From a virus, in IMG/VR virus record IMGVR_UViG_3300046535_001869, positions 32,001 through 96,000 of that record: a DNA stretch of 64,000 nucleotides, one strand, 5' to 3'. The notes under the pieces were generated by a model that saw only the letters and a program-made list of their open reading frames with translations, was not told where the DNA came from and searched no databases. Shown piece after piece: positions 36,429 to 45,772 of this stretch (position 1 is its first letter; every line of letters begins with the position of its first letter). The position numbers were made by a program, and so were the translations under genes.

Positions 36429-37157
36429 TTAGATCCAGTATTTCTTATCGGCGTTCTGGATCTTGTGGCCCTTTTTTACCAGGGCAACGAGCTGGACCCC
36501 AATAGTTACCCGCATCCCACCTTCGGCGGTCGCGCGGTCAGGGAACTGTTCGGCGAGCGCGGCATACAGCTCTGCACGGGTCCGCGGGGTACCGTCGGCC
36601 AGCAGCGCGACCAGGGCGCCAATAATGCCAGGCTTAGTCTTCGGTGCGTTGGCCTGAACGTGCGCCTGCTCGAGGATCTGCTGCGGCGTCCGCATAGTCT
36701 TCGCGACCTTGGCCGCCTTGGGAGCTTTGGGCGTCGGGAGCGTAAAGCCGCCGGTGGCATCGCTCAGGCCATCAGCGGCCTCGTCGATGTGGTCGAGCAC
36801 CTCGTTAACCGCGTCCTCAAACTCCTGGTCCTCCAAGTCCAGGTCGAGGTTTTCCAGCTCCTCGTTGGCCGACCGGATGGTCTCGGCAGCGTTTTCCAGT
36901 GTGTCAATGGCCTCCTGCGCCTCGCCCGCGCGCTCGCCGTTTTGGAGCGATTCCGGCATACCGTCGAGGTATTCCTGCTCCTCATCACGAAGGGTGTCGA
37001 CCTCGTCGGCGATGGTGTCGAAGCTGCCGATTTCGTCATATGCCGTTTTGCGCTCGGTCACTTGCAGGTCGTTGTTAATTAGAGCCTCGACCGCGTCCCG
37101 TACCTTGGCCAGCTCTTGGCCCTGGATTGCGATGTCTTTGCGCCGTTGCTTGTTCAT
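36429..37157 (-). CDS. acidic coiled-coil domain fused to a KAP linker and a winged-helix-like domain
   Basis: MNKQRRK...EEQEYLDGMPESLQ; C-terminal domain nearly identical to that of 37223-37798. Confidence 0.75.
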   Translation of the reverse strand: MNKQRRKDIAIQGQELAKVRDAVEALINNDLQVTERKTAYDEIGSFDTIADEVDTLRDEEQEYLDGMPESLQNGERAGEAQEAIDTLENAAETIRSANEELENLDLDLEDQEFEDAVNEVLDHIDEAADGLSDATGGFTLPTPKAPKAAKVAKTMRTPQQILEQAHVQANAPKTKPGIIGALVALLADGTPRTRAELYAALAEQFPDRATAEGGMRVTIGVQLVALVKKGHKIQNADKKYWI

Positions 37158-37222
37158 GGTGTCTAAACTCCCGCTTGAAGGTTGGGTGGACCGGGGGCGT
37201 TGTGCGCCCCCGGGACCTCCGG

Positions 37223-37798
37223 TTAGATCCAATAGCGCTTATCGGCGCTCTGGATCCTGTGGCCCTTTTTCACCAGCGCCACGAGCTGGACCCCGATGGT
37301 TACCCGCATGCCACCCGCCTCGCTGGCCCGGTCGGGGAACATCGCAACCAGGGCATCGTAGAGCTCCGCCCGGGTGCGCTTGGTACCGTCGCTGAGCAGG
37401 GCGACCAGCGACCCGATCACGCCACCGGCCTTCGGGGCCTTGGCGGCGACCGTGGCGGCCTTCGGGGCCTTGGCGGCGATCGGGGCCTTCGGGGCCTTCG
37501 GGGCCTTCGGGGCCTTCGGGGCCTTCGGGGCCGCGGCGACCTTGACCTCGGCGACGTGCGCAACTTCGCGCTGCGCGGCCATCTGCAACAGCATGTTATC
37601 GAGCTCAGTGGCCTCGGCGTGGACACGGCCCTGCTCGGGGCAGTTAATGTCGCCGATGGTCTTGCGGCTGAACGGCCTCAGTACGGTCAGGTCGCAGACC
37701 ACCACGTGACCAAACTCCTCGGTAACGGTCAAGTCAGCGGCCTCGATAACGGCCTTTTGGGCGGCGGTAACGCGGACGGTCGGGTCGATGTGGGCCAT
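37223..37798 (-). CDS. Lys/Ala/Pro-repeat plus winged-helix-like DNA-binding protein
   Basis: Tandem KAP tract followed by GVIGSLVALLSDG...RAELYDAL...FPDR...GMRVTIGVQL. Confidence 0.75.
   Translation of the reverse strand: MAHIDPTVRVTAAQKAVIEAADLTVTEEFGHVVVCDLTVLRPFSRKTIGDINCPEQGRVHAEATELDNMLLQMAAQREVAHVAEVKVAAAPKAPKAPKAPKAPKAPIAAKAPKAATVAAKAPKAGGVIGSLVALLSDGTKRTRAELYDALVAMFPDRASEAGGMRVTIGVQLVALVKKGHRIQSADKRYWI
37481..37532. repeat. 9-bp tandem repeat (CGGGGCCTT) x5+, encoding KAP
   Basis: Read directly from the sequence. Confidence 0.9.
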
Positions 37799-37844
37799 AA
37801 ACCAAACTCCCTAAAACCGTGCCCCAACGGCACCGGTGATCACC

Positions 37845-37990
37845 ATAGTGACCGATCCCGTGATCATGGTCAAGCTAAAAATCGCACCGACCGTGATTTT
37901 TTATTTACCAATAAAATCAAGCACTTAGGTGATCCCGTCGCCCCGGACGGTCCAAAATTTCTTGACCTTGGCGCTACCTTGCCTCAGTAT
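37845..37990. promoter_or_regulatory. divergent promoter pair (TTGACC-17-CACTAT on -, TTGACC-17-CAGTAT on +)
   Basis: Intergenic gap between divergent genes with an AT-rich core. Confidence 0.5.
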
Positions 37991-38044
37991 CACGTTACCC
38001 ACCGAGCACCCGCGGTGGGGCACCGGCAAGGGGGTTTAGGTCAA

Positions 38045-38311
38045 ATGCAGTACATCTACATCGTTCGTTGGTCCTACGCCGAGCACTGTGCGGCATTTGC
38101 CACCCTCGAGGCGGCCCAGCAGTGTGCGTGCGATGGCGACCATGCACTTACATGGTCAAACTTTGATACCGACATGCGGGACGTCGAAATGTGGGAGTCC
38201 AGTTCGTACACCCTACACGGCGACCTCGTTGGCACGTACAGCGGCAAAGGTCACGTTACCATTACCAAGTACCCTCTCGGATTCACCCCAATGGAATTGG
38301 CGGGATTTTGA
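38045..38311 (+). CDS. hypothetical protein
   Basis: ATG 38045 downstream of the + promoter. Confidence 0.55.
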   Translation: MQYIYIVRWSYAEHCAAFATLEAAQQCACDGDHALTWSNFDTDMRDVEMWESSSYTLHGDLVGTYSGKGHVTITKYPLGFTPMELAGF

Positions 38312-38314
38312 AAC

Positions 38315-38491
38315 ATGCACCTACATCTGTGGGACGAATCTTTAGCAGATCAGCCAGAGGCCTATGTAACTACCATGGTCGAATGCGATCTTAGACCTAA
38401 CGAAATTTATGTGGGCGACCATATCCAGTGGATTGGTGAGATCGTAATTAATGGTAAAACATACCACGTTGAGCTGCGACAACACGTCTAA
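38315..38491 (+). CDS. 58 aa hypothetical protein (not in the ORF track)
   Basis: MHLHLWDESLADQPEAYV...ELRQHV; its stop overlaps the polymerase stop. Confidence 0.5.
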   Translation: MHLHLWDESLADQPEAYVTTMVECDLRPNEIYVGDHIQWIGEIVINGKTYHVELRQHV

Positions 38492-40542
38492 ACCGTCTCA
38501 CCCCAGTTCGCCCCGCGTTCCCAGTCGACCTTCATTGGGACGGTAAGCTTTACTGTGGTCTCCATAATGTGCCGGGCCTCGACCGCCGCTTTATCCGCGG
38601 CGGCCGACCTGGGCACGGAGTAGTCAAGTTCATCATGGATTGTTAGGAGCGGTGCTCCCAGCACGCTACAAACACCGCTTTTCCAGATATCTAGCATCGC
38701 CTTCTTTAGGATATCAGCGGCCGATCCCTGTAGAATCCGGTTTAGCCCAGCGTGGCAGAACGCACGGCGAATATTGTTCCCATAGGTCTCGGTCGCCCGT
38801 TCTTTGAGCATCATACGCGATTTGCGGTCGGCTTTGCTCTCGCCGCGTTGTTGTCGCAGGTTGGGTTCCCAGAGTGTGAATCGCTGGCGGCGACCCAAGA
38901 GAGTCCTTACGTGACCCCGGTCCTCGGCTGTCTGCATGGCGATAATACCGAGCTGGCGCACGAACGGTAGCTTCGCGTCGTATTTTCGGGAGAATGACCG
39001 GGCTTCCTCAAGCGAAATCCCAGCGGTTGCCGCAATTTTGTCATCCCCTCCCATGTAGACTCGACAAAAATTAACATTCTTGACCCGTTTGCGGAGAAAC
39101 TTGTCGTGAGGATCTATACCAATCATTTCAGCCGTCATATTATGAAAATCAGTTGACGGATCATCAATGTAGGCCTGTCGTGCGTCCTCCGCCCCTGCAA
39201 GAATGTTCTGGGTACCGGGATATTTGGTTAAGGATGCAAAATGAGTTAAAACTCTATATTCGATCTGCGACTCGTCATGTCTTTCAAAGATCTCGCCAAC
39301 TTCCGGTTCGAAGATTGATCGTGTTAGCGGACCCAATTCTTCATCCCGCGCTGGCTGGTTCTGGAGGTTGGGGCGACTGGAGGCGAAACGGGCCATCGTC
39401 CCACCCGACTCACCCTTTAGTTGCGGGAACTCGGCATAGATTCGGCCCCTAACATTGTGCTTCAAGATGTTTCCGGTGTAGGTATTGATAATCTTGTCGA
39501 CCCGACGACCGGCCTGGATCGCATCGACCAACGCATCTTTACCTTGGAATAAAGCAAGCCAGGGCTTAGTGACGGAGAGCTTGCCCTTCTTGGAGGTCCT
39601 GGGAACCTGAAGACCACGGTCCAGTAGCGCCTGGGCAAAGCTGTCCGGGGCCATAAGTTCCGCGGCCTTGTTATTGGAGAGGCGGCGGACCTCGCCCAGC
39701 CAGCGGTCGCGCTGTTTGATCATCTCCTGGTTAACGGTCTCAGCGCGCTCGACATTAACTGGGACACCACGAAGCCGCATTGCCAACATTAATGGCAGTA
39801 GGCCACGCTCGAGATCGTAGACCTCCCGTAAACCTTCCGCATCGATGATTGCTAGTTGTTTCTCTAGAATCCGTAAGGGCAAGTCAACGTCACCCTCACC
39901 ATATTCACCAACAAATCGTGCTGGTGCCCGCCAGAGGTTGCCCTTAATTTGCTTCTCTGTTGTCCACCCGTTCGCCGCACCCCAGGAGTAGAGCATCTCG
40001 TGGCGCTTGCTTTCGCCGAGATGATACTCAGCGACATCATCCATCGAATAACCGTGCGGGCGCCATTCATCAACTAATGGTTCGGCTAACAGGATATCGT
40101 GAAATCCTTTGGCATTGCGGAATGTGACGTCCCACTCCGGCATCGCCATGAACTCGAGGTCGTAGAGCAGATGGGCGCCGACGACTTCCCCGTCGAAGGC
40201 GTTTAGTTCGTCGTACGCCCAGGCATGCACTGCACCAGCATCCATATTCCCACCGCCCTCGTGGCGGACAGGGAAATACCAGCGCTGTCCATCATCGGTT
40301 CCAACCGCCAGGCCGACCACGTAGGAGCCGCGGCGTGTGCCAGGCCCTAGAGACAGGAGGTCGTCGTCCCGTGTCTCCACGTCAAACGATATACGCTTAA
40401 TACCGCGGTTGCGTAGCGTGGGGAGCCCTGTCGGGGCTGTCCAGCTGCATTCCGGTAGGGCGCGCGGGCCGTATGTTACTGGGACCCGTTGTTTTGGCTG
40501 GACCTGCCAAAACATACCGACGTCGTCATCGAAGGCAGACAT
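38488..40542 (-). CDS. family A DNA polymerase with 3'-5' exonuclease
   Basis: Exo FDVET and YGEGD; motif A DESQIEYR; motif B RKRVKNVNF...Y; motif C IHDEL. Confidence 0.93.
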   Translation of the reverse strand: MSAFDDDVGMFWQVQPKQRVPVTYGPRALPECSWTAPTGLPTLRNRGIKRISFDVETRDDDLLSLGPGTRRGSYVVGLAVGTDDGQRWYFPVRHEGGGNMDAGAVHAWAYDELNAFDGEVVGAHLLYDLEFMAMPEWDVTFRNAKGFHDILLAEPLVDEWRPHGYSMDDVAEYHLGESKRHEMLYSWGAANGWTTEKQIKGNLWRAPARFVGEYGEGDVDLPLRILEKQLAIIDAEGLREVYDLERGLLPLMLAMRLRGVPVNVERAETVNQEMIKQRDRWLGEVRRLSNNKAAELMAPDSFAQALLDRGLQVPRTSKKGKLSVTKPWLALFQGKDALVDAIQAGRRVDKIINTYTGNILKHNVRGRIYAEFPQLKGESGGTMARFASSRPNLQNQPARDEELGPLTRSIFEPEVGEIFERHDESQIEYRVLTHFASLTKYPGTQNILAGAEDARQAYIDDPSTDFHNMTAEMIGIDPHDKFLRKRVKNVNFCRVYMGGDDKIAATAGISLEEARSFSRKYDAKLPFVRQLGIIAMQTAEDRGHVRTLLGRRQRFTLWEPNLRQQRGESKADRKSRMMLKERATETYGNNIRRAFCHAGLNRILQGSAADILKKAMLDIWKSGVCSVLGAPLLTIHDELDYSVPRSAAADKAAVEARHIMETTVKLTVPMKVDWERGANWGETV

Positions 40543-41247
40543 TTATGGTACGCCCCAAATTTTGTGCATTTGCATTCCGGCAATATAACCGTGTCTCATT
40601 GCCATGCGCACCACTTCTCGTTCGTTCGCCTTAGTCAGAACGGTATCCAACTCATCGCACGGGCTGAGGTAGACCGGTGCACCTGGGCGTGGACGGGCGA
40701 TAGTTGACCGTTGGCCTTGGCGCTGGGTCGACATGACAGGTAATCCGTCGTTCTCGGCGTTTTGACCCTGACGGATGATGTATTTGAATGCCGCTGCATG
40801 TAGATATATCTTTGAATTGATTTTTGGCGTCTTTGGTGAGACAACGATGGAGACATCATCGTGTAATAAGATATCTTGCCAGATGGTTCCGGCTGTTTCA
40901 AATTGAATACGGGTGCGGCCGTTGCCAAGCTTGAATAGTGCGGGGACCAGGAGGCTCATATCTTGGCGCAGCGGTTCGCCGCCGGTGATGACGTAGAGAC
41001 GACAGGTGTCAGTTTGGACTTGTCGTACTTTATTGATAATTTCATCGACGGACAGGTAAGGGTCGGTCTCGTCTCCCCACTCAGTATCGCAGAAGGCGCA
41101 CTTCAGATTGCATCCAGTTAAACGTATGAATACCGCGGGCCAACCAGCGTAAATTGATTCTCCTTGCAGTGTCATAAAAATTTCCCGCACCTGGAGCTTA
41201 CTGTCGTCTCGATATTCTCTATGACGTATCGGGTTCTGTCCGAGCAC
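40543..41247 (-). CDS. queE: 7-carboxy-7-deazaguanine synthase (radical SAM)
   Basis: EIFMTLQGE, FIRLTGCNLKCAFCDT, ITGGEP, VSPK, QMHK. Confidence 0.92.
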   Translation of the reverse strand: MLGQNPIRHREYRDDSKLQVREIFMTLQGESIYAGWPAVFIRLTGCNLKCAFCDTEWGDETDPYLSVDEIINKVRQVQTDTCRLYVITGGEPLRQDMSLLVPALFKLGNGRTRIQFETAGTIWQDILLHDDVSIVVSPKTPKINSKIYLHAAAFKYIIRQGQNAENDGLPVMSTQRQGQRSTIARPRPGAPVYLSPCDELDTVLTKANEREVVRMAMRHGYIAGMQMHKIWGVP

Positions 41248-42207
41248 CTAGCGCCTCCCAATAATAAACCCGCGCAGCCCAGGTGCGGCGAACGCCGTTG
41301 GATTCGGGTACTTGTCCGGCTCCCAGTGTGTTGCGTTCTTAATCACCGCATCGAGAAATTGTGAGGCCCATAAGGACCGCTCCTCCACCGGCACCGGGGT
41401 CAACGGTATCTCGTGCTCGACCTCGCTTGCATCGCGATGTCCAACAAGCTTGGTTGCATGGACTTCAACGACACTCTCGGTCATCTCCGACACAAATTCA
41501 TATGCCTCGCGCCATTCATTCGTAATAGCCCACTCGGGTTTCTTGTAATTCTCGAAGAGCTTTAGACCAGTCGTGGGGAACTCATCATTAATGAGTTGGG
41601 TCCGCATCCACGAATTATCGTCCCACTTGAAGGCCGCATAGTTTGGATAAAGCTGCCATCCAATGAGGTTGCCGTCCTTGCGGGATAAGAGATAGTCGAC
41701 GGCCCAGCAAGGTAAGAGATGCCCAGCACCGTCGAGGCTTGGACAATCGACCTGGGCCAGGCTGACGTTTGTCGTCGCAACAAACGAATCACGACCGATG
41801 CAGGCACAGAGCGCCCAGGGGTGAATCGCGTTGTCGGAGATAAATGGACGAATCAATGCGAGTGCAGTCAAGAAGTTTGGCGGTAGGGGATTCCAGGTGT
41901 CACCCGGCTGGGCATATTCGACATCGTTTGCCGGTAGAGTCTTGATTGTACCGTGCATACGCCGGGAGCGCAGCGTAATGCTACCGTCGCCGATTTGCAC
42001 TGACTCGATAGAGGGGAGCCGATTGATAAGCCGCTCGAACTCACGACCCGGGACCGCGAATGTCCCGTCGCACGGAATAGGCGCGCAGGCCGTATATCGG
42101 CCGTCACCCGCGGTAATGGTGCCATCGCGTACAAGGTATTGTGTCATTGAGGCTACAATATCCTGGCGCGATAGGGCCTTACGGACTTTGTCGAGCGATT
42201 CTTTCAT
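41248..42207 (-). CDS. DNA polymerase sliding-clamp (beta)-like protein
   Basis: AGDG, FAVPGREF and PFISDNA..PWA; lies next to the polymerase module. Confidence 0.6.
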   Translation of the reverse strand: MKESLDKVRKALSRQDIVASMTQYLVRDGTITAGDGRYTACAPIPCDGTFAVPGREFERLINRLPSIESVQIGDGSITLRSRRMHGTIKTLPANDVEYAQPGDTWNPLPPNFLTALALIRPFISDNAIHPWALCACIGRDSFVATTNVSLAQVDCPSLDGAGHLLPCWAVDYLLSRKDGNLIGWQLYPNYAAFKWDDNSWMRTQLINDEFPTTGLKLFENYKKPEWAITNEWREAYEFVSEMTESVVEVHATKLVGHRDASEVEHEIPLTPVPVEERSLWASQFLDAVIKNATHWEPDKYPNPTAFAAPGLRGFIIGRR

Positions 42208-43166
42208 TATGCGACCAGGAGCGGCTGGACTTCGGTGAACCGGTCGACACCGAGGTCCTCGAGACCTTGGTAGGTTGCAGCATTTACGACGTCACGAAAC
42301 GTGTAATGAGTCGCGAGCTGTTCAGCGGTAACACCAAACTCCCCGAGCCACTGATCAACAACACATCGCGACTCTAGAGGAAGGGTTCGATAATGCCAAC
42401 CATTGAAACTACGGGCCTGTGGCGACTCCTCGGAAAAAACTACCTTGCGGAGCTTGTTATTAACGCGAAATAAACAGGCGCCGAAGATTCCTGTCATAAG
42501 CCAGGAGGATGAGTCTACAGAGTGCCAGGGGTACCGGAACATGAGCTGCATGTCCGTTAAACCGAATCCATGGGTTCGGACTTTTGGTGACCCATTTTGG
42601 TTGGTAAGATACTTCATCCAGAGCCAGTCAAGCCGTTGCATTAGCCATTTCGTAGTCTCGGGTACCATTCCTCCTATGAAGATATAATCTTCACCGTCGT
42701 CAATATACTTCTGAAGCCATTCGTCTGGCTCGCGTACATGGAAGACCGGTTTGACCGGGGCGCCTAGTTTAAGAAGGGTCTGGTAATTAGCGTATGTGGC
42801 GCTGGCTGATTCCTCACCGGAACCAATAGCATCGAGCGCGGAATAGACTGTAAAGATCTGGCGTGGTAGGCAACGGCGAATGTACCGGGCATACTCCTCA
42901 ATCGGTATCTCATTGCCTTTGGTAAAGGCCGTGAAAGCTCCGGAATCTAGAAATAAATCCCAACCGAAATCAATCGAGTCTCCTATCGCAGCGCTGAGAC
43001 CGTTGGGGAGTTTTTCGAAGTTTGAGCCGGAAAAACCGTGGTAGAAGAAACTGAACAGGCGGCGCTTAACATACTTGGTCCAGACGCCTGCGGCCGTGTC
43101 TCCACCACTGAGGCGAGATATGGCGGTGGCGGTGGCGGCGCGTTCGCCGGCCAGGTAGATCTTCAT
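42207..43166 (-). CDS. dpdA: DpdA-like DNA 7-deazaguanine transglycosylase (TGT fold)
   Basis: FLDSGAF, LD.IG, PVFH, IGGMV, HGFG, SVDSSSW; embedded among the que genes; start ATG 43166. Confidence 0.8.
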   Translation of the reverse strand: MKIYLAGERAATATAISRLSGGDTAAGVWTKYVKRRLFSFFYHGFSGSNFEKLPNGLSAAIGDSIDFGWDLFLDSGAFTAFTKGNEIPIEEYARYIRRCLPRQIFTVYSALDAIGSGEESASATYANYQTLLKLGAPVKPVFHVREPDEWLQKYIDDGEDYIFIGGMVPETTKWLMQRLDWLWMKYLTNQNGSPKVRTHGFGLTDMQLMFRYPWHSVDSSSWLMTGIFGACLFRVNNKLRKVVFSEESPQARSFNGWHYRTLPLESRCVVDQWLGEFGVTAEQLATHYTFRDVVNAATYQGLEDLGVDRFTEVQPLLVA

Positions 43167-43552
43167 CGTTTGATAAACTCGCAGGCAGCCTCGAGCGAGT
43201 CGAAGAACTTCCAAGTGTGACAGACGAGCCAGGGAGAGCGCGGTGCACCGCTGACGTCAATGGTGTAAACCGGTATTTGAAGTTCCACCGAGGCCATACG
43301 AATTTCCATTGCAGAGCCTACGCTCGGCCTGTCGAAATAGGCCAAGAGGGCCGAGGAATTACGGATATCTTCCTCATCCGCTGACACGATTTGGCCGGCC
43401 ATCCCCGGTTCCTGCTCGCGTCCGCGGTAGTCACGCCGAATGGGGTCGAGGACCGGGATGGGCGCGAGGAGCTGGGCTGCGCGCTGGCGCCACTCGACAC
43501 AGTCTTGGTCGGAGCGGCCCTGGATTGGGCCGCAAAGGTACACCGGCCTCAT
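43163..43552 (-). CDS. nucleoside 2-deoxyribosyltransferase / nucleotide N-glycosidase-like protein
   Basis: VYLCGPI...WR...LDP...D..DI...SVGSAME. Confidence 0.75.
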   Translation of the reverse strand: MRPVYLCGPIQGRSDQDCVEWRQRAAQLLAPIPVLDPIRRDYRGREQEPGMAGQIVSADEEDIRNSSALLAYFDRPSVGSAMEIRMASVELQIPVYTIDVSGAPRSPWLVCHTWKFFDSLEAACEFIKR

Positions 43553-44421
43553 TTGCGGAGCGCCATGAATTCGGCCCTCGCCCGTGCGTCGTCATAGAGT
43601 GCACCGCGCAAGGCGCTGGTCGTCGTCGGAGTGTTTGGTGCATGGACACCGCGTGATTCCATACACATATGACGGCATTCGATGATGACACCAACGCCGA
43701 CCGGTGTCAGATGTTCCATTAGCGCGTCGGCAATTTCATTTGTCAAACGCTCCTGTACCTGTAGTCGCTTAGCGAATACGTTGGTCAAACGGACCAGCTT
43801 GGATAGGCCGATGATTTTCCCATCTGGGATATAACCAATGGTCGCGGTTCCAAAGAAAGGAATAAGATGGTGTTCGCACGTTGAGTAAACTGGGATACCG
43901 CGCATAACGACGAGCTCGTTAACCCGGTCGGCTCCGTCCTCAAATGTCTTGAGGACGTCTGCTGGCGACTGGCCGTAACCGCTACATGCCTCAGCCCAGG
44001 CCTTTACCACACGCGTCGGTGTTTGTCGCAGGCCTTCACGCGTCGGATCCTCTCCGATAAACTGGAGGAGGCGTACCACGGCGTCCTCGGCCGAGGCGTC
44101 GTGTTCCTCGGTGGTTTCCCACGGCATGACAAGCCACTGTCCGGCGTACTCGGGTGTGCGTTTGTCGAAAAGGACGCCGAATCGAATTCCTTCGTACCTC
44201 GCGGCAGTGCGCCCACTATCCCAGATATCGTCGACGACCACGTCGGCCGCACTGAGGCTGTCGACGAGCTCGGCACCGGTAAGGGCGCCGATGGCCAAGG
44301 CGACCGGTACCCCGCCACGTGGCACGCCCCAGATACGCGTCCTACTGCCAATCTGGAGACGGTCGGCGAGTTGGCGTGCCGCTGCCAAGACCTCGGCCGG
44401 AGTAATGAGACGTTGGGTCAT
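43549..44421 (-). CDS. folE: purine phosphoribosyltransferase-like domain fused to GTP cyclohydrolase I
   Basis: N-terminal GVPRGG, VVDDIWDSGRT, WLVMPWE; C-terminal REGLRQTP.RV, CEHHLIPF, GLSKL.R, LQVQERLT, HMCM..RG. Confidence 0.9.
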   Translation of the reverse strand: MTQRLITPAEVLAAARQLADRLQIGSRTRIWGVPRGGVPVALAIGALTGAELVDSLSAADVVVDDIWDSGRTAARYEGIRFGVLFDKRTPEYAGQWLVMPWETTEEHDASAEDAVVRLLQFIGEDPTREGLRQTPTRVVKAWAEACSGYGQSPADVLKTFEDGADRVNELVVMRGIPVYSTCEHHLIPFFGTATIGYIPDGKIIGLSKLVRLTNVFAKRLQVQERLTNEIADALMEHLTPVGVGVIIECRHMCMESRGVHAPNTPTTTSALRGALYDDARARAEFMALRK

Positions 44422-44993
44422 TGTGCAGCCTGCTGCCAAGTTAGATTATGAATAATATTATAAATAGTACTTTCGTGAACATTATATCGATTCGCGAGTG
44501 CTCGAACTCCATTCTTTCTTGACCATGGAGTACAATTGTCTCTTATGAACTCAATTTCTATTTGAGTTAATTTTCCGGACTTAACAAATTCGCCGTAAGT
44601 TGTCCGTCTACCGTTGCGTACTGCATCTTGAATATTTTCTTTCTGGGTTCCCCAGATAAGATTATCTAGACGATTATTCTCAACATTATCATCTATATGA
44701 CGGGCTTTGTTTCGCCGATCGTCAGGAGGTGGTCCGACAAAGGTGAATAGGATTAGACGCGCTGCTGAAATTTTTGCCGCTCGTCCACTATCATGCAATG
44801 ATATAAATGTACGCCTATAAGGTGGAGGCAAAGACGGTGAAAAGTTCTCCGACGCAGTCTTAGAGGAATAGTATTGTACGTTCACAACCAAATCGTGTGC
44901 CGGACGATTAGAGCACGCAAGTTTACGGAAATGGCCTAAATTACTAGCCTCGTGGTTTGGCCAGTCGGGTATTTGTCTCCACTCCTCTGTCAT
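44418..44993 (-). CDS. NUMOD4-HNH homing endonuclease
   Basis: EEWRQIPDWPNHEASNLG, RHIDDNVENNRLDNLIWGTQKEN, C-terminal HTH; AT-rich. Confidence 0.85.
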   Translation of the reverse strand: MTEEWRQIPDWPNHEASNLGHFRKLACSNRPAHDLVVNVQYYSSKTASENFSPSLPPPYRRTFISLHDSGRAAKISAARLILFTFVGPPPDDRRNKARHIDDNVENNRLDNLIWGTQKENIQDAVRNGRRTTYGEFVKSGKLTQIEIEFIRDNCTPWSRKNGVRALANRYNVHESTIYNIIHNLTWQQAAQ

Positions 44994-45676
44994 TTTGCGT
45001 ACTCGGTTGGATCGTTTACTCCTGCACGAATAAATGCCTCTCGACGCGCACGGCATGTCGGACACACGCCACAATGCAGATCGCCACCGGCATAACAGGA
45101 CCATGTCATATGGTAAGGAGTTCCGAGCTCTGCACCCATCTTAATAATTTGATCTTTTGTCATAAACTGCCAAGGGACATTCAGCTGAACGCGATGGTAT
45201 GTCCCAACATCAATGGCATTGGCCATCGCACCAGTGAATTGAAATGTGCAGTCTGGGTATGCGCTCCGCTCCGCGTCCTCGGCATGCGCTCCAAAGTAGA
45301 TAATCGCATTGACGCCGTCGATTAGCGTTCCCTGGATATGGGAGGCCAGGACCGAGAGCATAAGACCATTTCGAAATGGAACATAGGTCGGACTGATCCC
45401 ATGGGGGAGGTCCGCGTACGATACGGACGGGATTTCGCGTGAGGAGTCGGTTAGCATTGTCTTGGGAACAATCGAATCGAGTGTAATGACCGAGTGCGGA
45501 CGACCATAGAAGTTCGCCACCCGTTGGGCGTGCTCGATCTCCTTACTGTGGCGCTGACCATAGTTGATACTTATAGTCCGAACGGCCTGCTGGCCAAGGT
45601 TTCGGACCGCCAGCGACACGGCAGTTGAGGAGTCGATGCCGCCGGATAAAAGAACGTAGCCCAGGGTGATGGTCAT
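44990..45676 (-). CDS. queC: 7-cyano-7-deazaguanine (preQ0) synthase
   Basis: LSGGIDS, YGQRH..E, TYVPFRN, YPDC, TWSCY...CGVCPTC. Confidence 0.95.
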   Translation of the reverse strand: MTITLGYVLLSGGIDSSTAVSLAVRNLGQQAVRTISINYGQRHSKEIEHAQRVANFYGRPHSVITLDSIVPKTMLTDSSREIPSVSYADLPHGISPTYVPFRNGLMLSVLASHIQGTLIDGVNAIIYFGAHAEDAERSAYPDCTFQFTGAMANAIDVGTYHRVQLNVPWQFMTKDQIIKMGAELGTPYHMTWSCYAGGDLHCGVCPTCRARREAFIRAGVNDPTEYAK

Positions 45677-45772
45677 GATGCTCCCTTTTCGCTAAGGTAG
45701 ACGCCGGCCTTTCTTCCCACTGTGGCCGGCAACAGTGCGTCAAAGATAGAAGTGGAGGGAGTAGAACCACCG

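Noticed and set aside
1255-37100. Numerous long + strand ORFs in the six-frame track, and the 5' part of 37127-38311
   Set aside because: They are antisense shadows of GC-rich - strand genes: Arg/Pro/Ala-rich, with no RBS or recognisable motifs.
36405-37420. Near-duplicate 3' gene ends as a diversity-generating retroelement TR/VR pair
   Set aside because: There is no reverse transcriptase in the window, the differences are mostly synonymous and not adenine-specific, and both copies are coding.
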